Origin: Candidatus Moraniibacteriota bacterium
Lineage (GTDB): Bacteria; Patescibacteriota; Minisyncoccia; Moranbacterales; UBA1568
Assembly: GCA_052034935.1 (NCBI GenBank)
Contig: JBPOIB010000001.1
Coordinates: forward strand, 1,341-65,340
DNA: 64,000 nucleotides
Direction: 5' to 3'
Part shown: one piece after another, positions 1 to 10,568 of the stretch
How the letters are laid out: each line of letters starts with the position of its first letter
Position numbering within the stretch: the first letter of the stretch is position 1
Made by a program: the position numbers and the translations under genes
Notes under the pieces: generated by a model
Database searches by the model: none
Seen by the model: the letters and a program-made list of their open reading frames with translations, nothing else
What the model was told of the DNA's origin: nothing

Positions 1-524
1 AAGAACGATACTGTTCCCCAAAAGCCTTCACCCTGATTGAAGTTCTCGTCGTCTTCTCAATTATCTCGATCGTCACCGCGGTCATGCTCGTCTCCATTTC
101 AGATCAGCGCAATGTTCGGTATGTCGACCGTGCTTCCCGAGAGGTGGCTGCCGTGTTGCGTGAGGCGCAGGGCTATGCACTTGCGGGATGGAAGGGAAGT
201 ACATCTCAGTCTGTCTGCGGCTACCATGTGGTCATGCCTGCCGGAAGCGCTTATTCGGTCGTCAATACCTACCCGAGCGGCGGATGCGGAAGTACGGCGA
301 CAATCGCGGCCTACAGTCTCAAAGCAGGCGTGACTTTTCCGGGCTATACGAATATTGCCTTTTCGCTTCCGCGGGCTGAGACGTCATATTGGAACGGGGC
401 AACAATGGTACCGATCGCCTCGCCGCAATTGATTACCGTCAGTCGGTCCGGGCTATCTTACTATATCTGCGTTTACTCTACTGGCCGGATTGTTGAAAAC
501 GGCACGAATAGCACCTGCCCATAA
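1..524 (+). CDS. type IV pilin / pseudopilin-like protein, 5'-partial (prepilin-type N-terminal helix ...KAFTLIEVLVVFSIISIVTAV)
   Basis: Frame-3 reading frame open from window edge to stop at 522-524; N-terminal AFTLIEVLVV hydrophobic segment matches prepilin cleavage/methylation motif (G/A-F-T-L-I-E); rest is Gly/Ser/Thr-rich as in minor pilins. Confidence 0.6.
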   Translation, partial: ERYCSPKAFTLIEVLVVFSIISIVTAVMLVSISDQRNVRYVDRASREVAAVLREAQGYALAGWKGSTSQSVCGYHVVMPAGSAYSVVNTYPSGGCGSTATIAAYSLKAGVTFPGYTNIAFSLPRAETSYWNGATMVPIASPQLITVSRSGLSYYICVYSTGRIVENGTNSTCP

Positions 525-533
525 CTTTTCCTT

Positions 534-1133
534 ATGCTTTCCCTGAAAAGACCATCCTACCGGGCATTCACGATTTCTGAGGTCATGCTTTCGGGATTTC
601 TCTTGACGATGGGCATCCTCTCGGTCGTCGGCTTGTTTGTCGTGGCGCAGCGGAGCGCCCGCGAGACGCGTAGCATTACGATTGCGACCGCTCTCGCGCA
701 GGAGGGGATAGAGATAGCCCGCAATATCCGCGATAACAATATCGCGTATCGAGTCGCCAACTGGGGAACCTGCAGCACTTCGACCGCTGGCGCCTGTGAC
801 CCGTTCAATGGTTTTCCCAACAACGGGCAGCGGACGGTGAGCTATAATTCCTCAGCCTTCACGGTTCCTGGCGACACTTTCCTGTCGTATAATGGCTCTG
901 GTTTTCAGTACCACGGAGGAGGAACCTTTACCGGTTTCTTCCGGATCATTAAAATCGACCATACTGGTTCGGCGGATACGGCGCGAGTGCAATCGTTCGT
1001 ACATTGGCAGAGCGCAGGCTATCCGGACTATGTTAATCCGACTCCACAGATTAGCGGGGCAGCTGCCACAACATGGTGTATCCCGTCGAATCGATGCGTC
1101 TATACCGAGCTCCTCCTCACTGGTTGGAAATAA
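534..1133 (+). CDS. pseudopilin-like protein (prepilin-type N-terminus RAFTISEVMLSGFLLTMGIL)
   Basis: ORF 534..1133; leader MLSLKRPSYRA followed by FTISEV and hydrophobic helix; tandem with two other pilin-like genes. Confidence 0.55.
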   Translation: MLSLKRPSYRAFTISEVMLSGFLLTMGILSVVGLFVVAQRSARETRSITIATALAQEGIEIARNIRDNNIAYRVANWGTCSTSTAGACDPFNGFPNNGQRTVSYNSSAFTVPGDTFLSYNGSGFQYHGGGTFTGFFRIIKIDHTGSADTARVQSFVHWQSAGYPDYVNPTPQISGAAATTWCIPSNRCVYTELLLTGWK

Positions 1134-1137
1134 CCCT

Positions 1138-3802
<2,665 letters not shown>

Positions 3803-3806
3803 TACT

Positions 3807-4088
3807 ATGCTCTCAACTGACGAAGTGAAACATATTGCGACGCTCGCTCGGGTCGGACTCACCGACGCGGAGGTGACGCATTTCCAGAAAGACCTCTCGG
3901 CTGTGATTGATTGGTTCGGTGAACTGAAAGACGTCGATGTGACCGGTGCCCCGGCCGAGACTTCTATGGCGCCCGAATCGAATCGGGCTGCCAAAGATGT
4001 GGAGACGCTGTCGGGTGAGGCGCCACAGATTCTCGCCAATGCGCCCGGCAAGAAAGGTAATTACTTCAAAGTGAAATCCGTTTTCTAG
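3807..4088 (+). CDS. gatC: Asp-tRNA(Asn)/Glu-tRNA(Gln) amidotransferase subunit C
   Basis: 93 aa, conserved GatC N-terminus (HIA.LARVGLTD.E), immediately upstream of gatA with 6-nt spacer. Confidence 0.8.
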   Translation: MLSTDEVKHIATLARVGLTDAEVTHFQKDLSAVIDWFGELKDVDVTGAPAETSMAPESNRAAKDVETLSGEAPQILANAPGKKGNYFKVKSVF

Positions 4089-4094
4089 TTTCGT

Positions 4095-5555
4095 ATGATT
4101 CGCGAACTCCATCAGAAAATTCAGAGCGGGGAAAAGAAAGCTGTGACGCTCGTGACCGAGTACTTTGCGGCGCAGAAAAAGCGTGACGGCAGTCTGCACG
4201 CCTTCCTCTCGACGCGCGAAGCGGAGGCCATGCGTGAAGCCGAAGCCGTGGATGCGGCCGTGGCCGCTGGTGAGACGATTCCGATGCTCGCGGGTATACC
4301 TGGTGCCGTGAAAGACAATCTCGTCATGGCCGGGGAGCGCACGACAGCCGGATCGAAGATCCTTGACAATTATATCGGGACCTATGATGCGACCGCCGTG
4401 AAGAAACTCAAGAGCGATAGAGCAGTGATTCTCGGCAAGACGAACCTGGACGAATTCGCCCTCGGCTCGTCGACCGAGCTCTCGGCCTATGGCCCGACGA
4501 AAAATCCGATCGATGAAACGCGCGTCGCGGGTGGGACGTCTGGTGGCTCGGCGGTCGCTGTTGCGGCCGACATGGCGGTCTTCGCGCTCGGCTCGGACAC
4601 CGGCGGTTCCATCCGCCAGCCAGCGGCTTTCTGCAGCGTGTATGGCCTGAAGCCGACCTATGGTCGCGTGTCGCGTTCCGGCCTCATCGCCTCGGCTTCA
4701 TCACTCGATCAGGTCGGCGTCCTGGCGAAGTCGACCGAAGACGTCGCTATCGTCCTCTCCTCGATCGCTGGTAGTGATAGTCTCGATGGGACCGCGTCGG
4801 AGCGCGCTGTGCCGAAATACGAGGACCTCCTCACGGGTGATATCAAGGGAAAAAAGATCGGTGTGCCGGAGGAGTACTTCACCGACAAGCTCGACGAAAA
4901 GATCAAATCTGCGGCCATGGCCGCGCTCGACGTGTTCAAGTCACTCGGCGCCGAGATCGTACCGATCAGTTTGCCGCATAGCCACCTCGCCCTCCCGATC
5001 TATTACATCGTTCAGCCGTCCGAGCTTTCCTCGAACCTCTCTCGTTTCGATGGCATCCGCTTCGGTCTCTCGGTGAATGACCAGGAAGACTCGCTCGAAA
5101 AGACATCGACCTTGCTCGAGACCTATCTCGACACGCGTAAAGTTGGCCTCGGCCCGGAGGCGAAGCGTCGCATCATGCTCGGCACCTATGCGCTCTCAGC
5201 CGGCTACTACGACGCCTATTACAAGAAGGCACTCGCCGTCCGCGCCATCCTCCGCCAAGATTTCCAGAAAGCCTTTGAAACCGTCGATGTCATCTTTTCC
5301 CCGACGACCCCGGAGACGGCGTTCAAGCTCGGCTCGAAGACCGATGACCCGCTCAAGATGTATTTTTCCGATATCTATACTGTCACCGCGAACTTGGTCG
5401 GCGTTCCAGCTATGTCATTTCCCATGGGCACGATTGCTGAAGATGGCGTGGCGCTCCCGATTGGCGGGCAATTCATGGGCCGCTGGTTCGAAGAAGACAC
5501 GGTCCTCAATCTCGTTCACGCTTTTGAGAAAGCGGACAAGCGTTCGGCGCTCTAG
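4095..5555 (+). CDS. gatA: Glu-tRNA(Gln) amidotransferase subunit A (amidase signature family)
   Basis: 486 aa; amidase signature GGSSGGSAVAVAA and GSDTGGSIRQPA; gene order gatC-gatA. Confidence 0.9.
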   Translation: MIRELHQKIQSGEKKAVTLVTEYFAAQKKRDGSLHAFLSTREAEAMREAEAVDAAVAAGETIPMLAGIPGAVKDNLVMAGERTTAGSKILDNYIGTYDATAVKKLKSDRAVILGKTNLDEFALGSSTELSAYGPTKNPIDETRVAGGTSGGSAVAVAADMAVFALGSDTGGSIRQPAAFCSVYGLKPTYGRVSRSGLIASASSLDQVGVLAKSTEDVAIVLSSIAGSDSLDGTASERAVPKYEDLLTGDIKGKKIGVPEEYFTDKLDEKIKSAAMAALDVFKSLGAEIVPISLPHSHLALPIYYIVQPSELSSNLSRFDGIRFGLSVNDQEDSLEKTSTLLETYLDTRKVGLGPEAKRRIMLGTYALSAGYYDAYYKKALAVRAILRQDFQKAFETVDVIFSPTTPETAFKLGSKTDDPLKMYFSDIYTVTANLVGVPAMSFPMGTIAEDGVALPIGGQFMGRWFEEDTVLNLVHAFEKADKRSAL

Positions 5556-5696
5556 CTACGAAGTGAGGGAAAAACCGGGGAGAAATAGTTCACCCCGTTA
5601 CAAACTTTGTTTTACCGTTTTCGGGTTATAATACAGGAAGTGAGTTTTTTTCGTCCGTTCATGCTTTATTTTGTAAGCTTGTAACGGGGCAAGCAT

Positions 5697-6233
5697 ATGA
5701 GTACAGATTTCGACGCGCTCGGCTTTATCGGCATGGTGCCGGCCATTTGGGCTATCGTGAGTGAATCAGCGGTCTTCGCCGTCCTGAAGTTTTTCCTCAT
5801 CGTCTACTCCCTCGTCCTCATCGCCAATACGTTGATGCTGCTCCTCATGCGCGGTGTGACCGAGAACCTGAAAGTCCAGATGTACGGCACAGCTCGCCCG
5901 CTCATCAAGAAGAACGAAGCCGCCGCTCGCTGGCGCGCCCTCGAGAACCGGCTCGAGAGCGATAATCCATCTCACTACAAAGCCGCTGTCCTCGAGGCGG
6001 ATCATTTTGCTGACGAGCTTTTGAAGGAATCCGGTTTCGATGGAGAGAATATGGGCGAACGCTTGGCGAATATGAATCCGGGCCAACTGCAGAGCTACGC
6101 CGGTTTGAAAGCGGCACATGAGATCCGGAACCGTATCGTGAATGAGCCGGCCTTTACGGTCGACCAGGGCGAAGCCAAAGACCTCCTCGAAAAATACAAA
6201 GCCCTCTTGGTTGAGCTGGAACTCTTTTCGTGA
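5697..6233 (+). CDS. hypothetical membrane protein (2 predicted N-terminal TM helices + soluble helical C-terminal domain)
   Basis: 178-aa ORF with genome-typical GC; hydrophobic segments VPAIWAIVSESAVFAVL / IVYSLVLIANTLMLLLM; no recognisable catalytic motif. Confidence 0.5.
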   Translation: MSTDFDALGFIGMVPAIWAIVSESAVFAVLKFFLIVYSLVLIANTLMLLLMRGVTENLKVQMYGTARPLIKKNEAAARWRALENRLESDNPSHYKAAVLEADHFADELLKESGFDGENMGERLANMNPGQLQSYAGLKAAHEIRNRIVNEPAFTVDQGEAKDLLEKYKALLVELELFS

Positions 6234-6392
6234 GTATTTTATAGCCCCTTGGTAATTTTTAGATAAAAAATCGCCTGAAGAGTATTTGTTTGCGTGGTGA
6301 TTGAAGCTTGACATATTTTGTTTGAACAGTGTTCATTTTAGGCCTATATTTCAGTTGTTACTATGCTATAGGTAAACTTATTTTTAGAAATT

Positions 6393-6869
6393 ATGGGAAA
6401 GAACTATGCCAAAAAAGGAATTACTTCACCTCACCGAGGATATGAAAAATTTATAAATGCAGCAGATCTTAAGCATGATGAAGTTACAATAGTACTAAGA
6501 TCACATTTACTAGTGGAGTACTACCTTGATCAAATAATATTACTTAATATTCCCAGAGGGGATGTCCTTCTTGATCAGAAGTTCTCTTTTATACAAAAAA
6601 CATACATTGTTGAGTCTCTAGAGGTTTTACCTGAGAGATTAATCAATTCGGTCAAAAATCTAAACTCCATACGTAATCGTTGTTCTCACGATCTTGACTA
6701 TAAAATTTCCGAAGTAGATGTTGATAAAATTGGTATGCCTTTTGGAAAGAGCTACTTAGAAATAAAAAGAGATCATTTTGATTCTATTAAAACCTTGCTT
6801 CACTGGACGATTGGGGCACTTTTTATCACAAAACTTGATTCCGAGTCAACAATACCTGGTAAGGAATAG
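6393..6869 (+). CDS. HEPN-like protein (putative RNase; canonical RNxxxH motif LNSIRNRCSHD), Abi/DUF4145-like
   Basis: 158-aa ORF in a markedly AT-rich segment (6234-7541) flanked by GC-rich housekeeping genes; contains R-x4-H (IRNRCSH) in a helical context typical of HEPN domains. Confidence 0.5.
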   Translation: MGKNYAKKGITSPHRGYEKFINAADLKHDEVTIVLRSHLLVEYYLDQIILLNIPRGDVLLDQKFSFIQKTYIVESLEVLPERLINSVKNLNSIRNRCSHDLDYKISEVDVDKIGMPFGKSYLEIKRDHFDSIKTLLHWTIGALFITKLDSESTIPGKE

Positions 6870-6900
6870 TTCCGACTTTGTACCATAGCCTCAAAAATTT

Positions 6901-7413
6901 ATGAATGAAGCAGATCGAGATTCGCTTTCAATAAAGCGTGATGCACTCTTAGCAAAAAAGAGGATATTAGATTTCATTGATCTTCTCAGACAAAAAGGCC
7001 CTGAGTCTAAAATGATTTATCATACTCAGGCAAAATTTCTTGCTGAACATGCGCAAGTAAATAGCGAAGAACATTATGACAACTTAATTGAAAGCATATC
7101 TCAAGATCGGGTTGTTAGTTTCAAAAAAATGCTACCGCCAGTAAACTATTGGAAAAATTATCAGGTTGAAATTAGTATCTCTCCTAATTTTGATGCCTAC
7201 ATATATAAGGTTAGGAGCGAATATCATACTATAAATAATTCCCTCAAAACGACTCCTGTAAAAAGCTCGGTAATTTCTATCAAACTAGCGAATATAATTA
7301 AACTAGTAAGTACGAATCCTTTACTATCGTTCGTTTTTGGTACTTTAATTACACTAGTTATCTTATACGTTATATTTATTAAGTTTGGGGTAAATTTGGC
7401 TCAATTTAGATGA
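6901..7413 (+). CDS. hypothetical tail-anchored membrane protein (soluble N-domain + single C-terminal TM LLSFVFGTLITLVILYVIFI)
   Basis: 170-aa ORF, same AT-rich composition and orientation as upstream HEPN-like gene, 31-nt spacer; no known motif. Confidence 0.45.
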   Translation: MNEADRDSLSIKRDALLAKKRILDFIDLLRQKGPESKMIYHTQAKFLAEHAQVNSEEHYDNLIESISQDRVVSFKKMLPPVNYWKNYQVEISISPNFDAYIYKVRSEYHTINNSLKTTPVKSSVISIKLANIIKLVSTNPLLSFVFGTLITLVILYVIFIKFGVNLAQFR

Positions 7414-7495
7414 AATACAGGTGTCAACTTCGTCCCATAAGTTCAGGATTAGTACTAATTGACATAAGGCTTAAATTGCTATAGATTATAGGCAC

Positions 7496-7517
7496 AAGCC
7501 CTTGGGGCTTTTTTTAG
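7496..7517 (+). terminator. rho-independent terminator (aagccc-ttg-gggctt + T7)
   Basis: Perfect 6-bp GC stem followed by ttttttt, 83 nt downstream of the AT-rich island second gene and 25 nt before secE. Confidence 0.55.
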
Positions 7518-7541
7518 ACCAGAAAATAGCTTAAAAAAGCC

Positions 7542-7727
7542 ATGAACAAGGTCATCAACTTCTTCGTTGAAGCCAAAGGCGAACTGATGAAGGTCAACTG
7601 GCCGAGCCAGAAGGACCTGATCCGATACACTGTTTTGGTGGTCGTCATCAGCCTCGCGGTCGCCATTTTCCTCGGCGCTCTCGACACGCTCTTCAGCTAC
7701 CTCGTCGAACGGTTTCTCCTCACTTAG
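7542..7727 (+). CDS. secE: preprotein translocase subunit SecE
   Basis: 61 aa, single TM (YTVLVVVISLAVAIFLGALD), conserved position directly upstream of nusG. Confidence 0.8.
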   Translation: MNKVINFFVEAKGELMKVNWPSQKDLIRYTVLVVVISLAVAIFLGALDTLFSYLVERFLLT

Positions 7728-7751
7728 TAATCACTCTTTTCTCCCAACGCT

Positions 7752-8297
7752 ATGGCCAAACAGAGTCAGCATCATGGGCGCGCCTGGTACGTGCTTCACA
7801 CCTACTCCGGGTATGAGGACAATGTCGCTCGCAACCTGAAGCAGCGTATCGAGTCGATGGACATGCAGGGCCTCATCTTCGATGTGCTCGTGCCAAAGGA
7901 GAAGAAGATCAAGATCAAGGCCGGCAAGCGCGTCGTGATCGAGGAGCGCATCTACCCAGGCTATGTCCTCGTCGACATGGTCGTGACCGATGCGAGCTGG
8001 TACGTGGTGCGCAATACGCCGAACGTGACGGGATTCATCGGTCTCGGTACCACGCCGACTCCGGTTGACCCAGCTGAAATCGAAGGACTGAAGAAGCGTA
8101 TGGGTGTCGCCGAACCGAAGTACAAGATCGACGTGAAGATCGGCGAAAGCGTCCGCATCAGTGATGGGCCGTTCAAGAACTTCGAAGGCAAGGTGCAAGA
8201 AGTGGACGACGAGAAGGGGAAAGTGAAGGTGCTCGTGTCCATCTTCGGTCGTGAGACCCCGGTCGAGCTCGACTTCCTCCAGATCAAGAAGGACTAA
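7752..8297 (+). CDS. nusG: transcription termination/antitermination factor NusG
   Basis: 181 aa; NGN domain ([11 protein letters not shown]) and C-terminal KOW ([18 protein letters not shown]); secE-nusG-rplK-rplA synteny. Confidence 0.9.
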   Translation: MAKQSQHHGRAWYVLHTYSGYEDNVARNLKQRIESMDMQGLIFDVLVPKEKKIKIKAGKRVVIEERIYPGYVLVDMVVTDASWYVVRNTPNVTGFIGLGTTPTPVDPAEIEGLKKRMGVAEPKYKIDVKIGESVRISDGPFKNFEGKVQEVDDEKGKVKVLVSIFGRETPVELDFLQIKKD

Positions 8298-8320
8298 TTA
8301 GAGAAGAGATTTCAAGACTT

Positions 8321-8746
8321 ATGGCTAAAGCAATCAAGGCAATCGTGAAGCTCCAGATCCCGGCCGGCAAGGCGACCCCGGCTCCGCCGGTGGGTACTGC
8401 CCTCGGACCACACGGGCTCAACATCCAGGACTTCTGCAGCAAGTACAATGAGGCCACTCGTCCGATGATGGGCGACATCATTCCGGTGGAGATCACTATC
8501 TTCGAGGACCGCAGCTTCACCTTCGTGATGAAGACCCCGCCGGCCTCCGACCTCCTGAAGAAAGCCGCCAAGATCGAAAAGGCGGCCGCGAATCCGCTCA
8601 AGGACCGCGCCGGTGCTGTCACCGAAGCGCAGGTGCGTGAGATCGCCGAAAAGAAGCTCCCGGACCTCAATGCCAACGATGTCGAAGCCGCTGTCCAGAT
8701 TATCAAGGGCACGGCCCGCTCGATGGGCATCAAAGTCGAGGGCTAA
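8321..8746 (+). CDS. rplK: 50S ribosomal protein L11
   Basis: 141 aa; L11 N-terminus [32 protein letters not shown]. Confidence 0.9.
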   Translation: MAKAIKAIVKLQIPAGKATPAPPVGTALGPHGLNIQDFCSKYNEATRPMMGDIIPVEITIFEDRSFTFVMKTPPASDLLKKAAKIEKAAANPLKDRAGAVTEAQVREIAEKKLPDLNANDVEAAVQIIKGTARSMGIKVEG

Positions 8747-8769
8747 CAAAATAGCAATACTGACGCATT

Positions 8770-9063
8770 ATGGAACAGCTTCCACTCCCGGATTTCAAAG
8801 CAATCGCTGCAATGAAGCGTCAGGATGCTGAACGGAAGCGCGAGGGCCTCTTTCGAAGGTTTGGAGAATTCCTCGAACGGGAAGCGGGCGGTGACGCTGA
8901 TCATCCAGCCGAAGCAGCCAGAGAGGCGCTCGAAGTTGGGAAGACTGCGCAAGCCCTCGACTACCTCAAGACAGAAATCGACAAGGCAGAGGCAGCCGGA
9001 GACGAGATGCGCCGAGGCGACCTCATGCGGTGGAAGACGAGTCTCAATTCAAGCAGTCACTAA
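8770..9063 (+). CDS. possible small hypothetical protein (97 aa) or untranslated L1-operon leader inserted between rplK and rplA
   Basis: Open frame of 97 codons but weak SD and lower GC3 than neighbouring ribosomal genes; fills an unusual 366-nt rplK-rplA spacer. Confidence 0.3.
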   Translation: MEQLPLPDFKAIAAMKRQDAERKREGLFRRFGEFLEREAGGDADHPAEAAREALEVGKTAQALDYLKTEIDKAEAAGDEMRRGDLMRWKTSLNSSSH

Positions 9064-9112
9064 TTATCATAATTGTGGGAGCTCTGAGGAGCGTTTGTAC
9101 CACGAAAACCAT

Positions 9113-9802
9113 ATGCAGCACGGAAAGAAGTATCGGGCAGTCGTAGAGAAGCTGGAAGAGGGGAAGGAGTATAGCATCGCGGAAGCGGTGGCATTCCTCC
9201 AGGCCAACAAGACCGCGAAATTCGATGAGAGCGTCGAGATGCATTTCAAGCTCGGCATTTCCTCGAAAAAGAGTGATGAGAACGTCCGTGGAACGGTCGT
9301 CCTCCCGCACGGTACCGGTCGCACCCAGAAAGTCGTCGTCGTGACCTCGACCAAACTGAAAGAGGCACAGGATGCCGGTGCGGCGCTCGCTGGCGGCGAA
9401 GAGCTCATCGCGGCCATCAAAGACGGCAAGACGAATCCGGGAACAGATTTCGACCTCGTCCTCGCCACGCCGGAAATGATGCCGAAGCTCGCGCAGGTCG
9501 CGAAAATCCTCGGACCAAAAGGCATGATGCCATCCCCGAAGAACGAAACCGTCACCCAGAAAATCGGGGAAACGGTCGAGATGCTTCAGAAGGGGAAGAA
9601 GGCGAGCTACAAGAACGACGACACGGGGAATATCCATCAGGTCGTCGGCAAGCTCTCTTTCACCGCTGCTTCACTCGAAGAGAACGTTACTATGTTCATC
9701 GACGCTATCCAGAAGGGGAAGCCAGAGGGCCTCAAAGGCCGCTTCATCCTCTCGATGACGCTCTCCTCGACCATGGGCCCCGGTCTCCGCATCACGAAAT
9801 AA
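9113..9802 (+). CDS. rplA: 50S ribosomal protein L1
   Basis: ATG at residue 97 of track ORF 8825..9802; 229 aa aligning along full length with bacterial L1 (FDESVEMHFKLGI...VRGTVVLPHGTGR...ILGPKGMMPSPK). Confidence 0.85.
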   Translation: MQHGKKYRAVVEKLEEGKEYSIAEAVAFLQANKTAKFDESVEMHFKLGISSKKSDENVRGTVVLPHGTGRTQKVVVVTSTKLKEAQDAGAALAGGEELIAAIKDGKTNPGTDFDLVLATPEMMPKLAQVAKILGPKGMMPSPKNETVTQKIGETVEMLQKGKKASYKNDDTGNIHQVVGKLSFTAASLEENVTMFIDAIQKGKPEGLKGRFILSMTLSSTMGPGLRITK

Positions 9803-9810
9803 TCGGAAAA

Positions 9811-9836
9811 GCTCGCCATCCGGCGGGCTTTTTTGT
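9811..9836 (+). terminator. terminator-like hairpin after rplA (gctcgcc-atcc-ggcgggc + T6)
   Basis: 7-bp stem (one G-U) followed by ttttttgt, 9 nt after rplA stop. Confidence 0.45.
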
Positions 9837-9869
9837 ATACTGGGTGCGATTAACCTACTCACTCACCGT

Positions 9870-10463
9870 ATGATCCTCTCAGACCGCGATATCAAGAAAG
9901 AACGGAAAGCCGGAGAAATCACTATCGAGCCGTACAAGGAGGAATGCGTCCAGCCGGCTTCGTACGATGTTCATCTTGATCGTCACTTTCTCATTTTCAA
10001 CATCAATCAAAACTTTGTCATTGATCCGAAAGATATCTCGCTTGATCTCATGAAGAAGATCGACATCACGCCGGAGGAGCCGTTCATTCTCCATCCGGGT
10101 GAATTCGCTCTCGGCGTTCTCCTCGAAGAAACGGGTGTCTCGGAAAAGCTCGTTGGCCGTCTCGAAGGCAAGAGTTCGCTCGGCCGCCTCGGTCTCATCA
10201 TCCACACGACCGCCGGCTTCCTCGATCCGGGAAACTCGCTCAAGATGACCCTTGAGCTCTACAATGCCGGCAAGATCCCGATCAAACTGTACTACGGCAT
10301 GCCGATCGGCCAGATGGCCTTCGAGTACCTCTCGAGTCCATGCGACCGTCCGTACGGCTCCAAGGGGCTCAATTCGAAGTATAAAGGTGACAGTAAGCCC
10401 GTTGCCTCCAAGATGCACCTCAACTTCGTGGGGAAGAAGAAAAAAACCGCCAAGAAGAAATAG
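9870..10463 (+). CDS. dcd: dCTP deaminase
   Basis: 197 aa; dCTP deaminase/dUTPase-fold motifs (ILSDRDI, ASYD, GKSSLGRLGL, IHTTAGFLDPG). Confidence 0.85.
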   Translation: MILSDRDIKKERKAGEITIEPYKEECVQPASYDVHLDRHFLIFNINQNFVIDPKDISLDLMKKIDITPEEPFILHPGEFALGVLLEETGVSEKLVGRLEGKSSLGRLGLIIHTTAGFLDPGNSLKMTLELYNAGKIPIKLYYGMPIGQMAFEYLSSPCDRPYGSKGLNSKYKGDSKPVASKMHLNFVGKKKKTAKKK

Positions 10464-10470
10464 TGTCTCC

Positions 10471-10492
10471 GCCCCCATTTCGGGGGCTTTTT
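10471..10492 (+). terminator. rho-independent terminator (gccccc-attt-c-gggggc + T-run)
   Basis: 6-bp G/C stem then ctttttc, 8 nt after dcd stop. Confidence 0.6.
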
Positions 10493-10568
10493 CATACTGT
10501 TTTTTCCGTTTGCGCAAGCCAGAAGAAACATGAGAAAATACGATCGTTGTTAACCAAAAAACACCGAT

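Noticed and set aside
892-1137. Upstream 82 codons of track ORF 892..1701
   Set aside because: They overlap the preceding pseudopilin gene in another frame. An internal ATG at 1138 yields a canonical prepilin N-terminus, so the upstream part is treated as untranslated.
5671-5684. 14-nt motif tgtaagcttgtaac repeated at 5671-5684 and 56949-56962, each ~12 nt upstream of a membrane-protein start codon
   Set aside because: A few random 14-mer repeats are expected in 64 kb on two strands. It is possibly a shared regulatory/SD-context motif but not supportable from one window.
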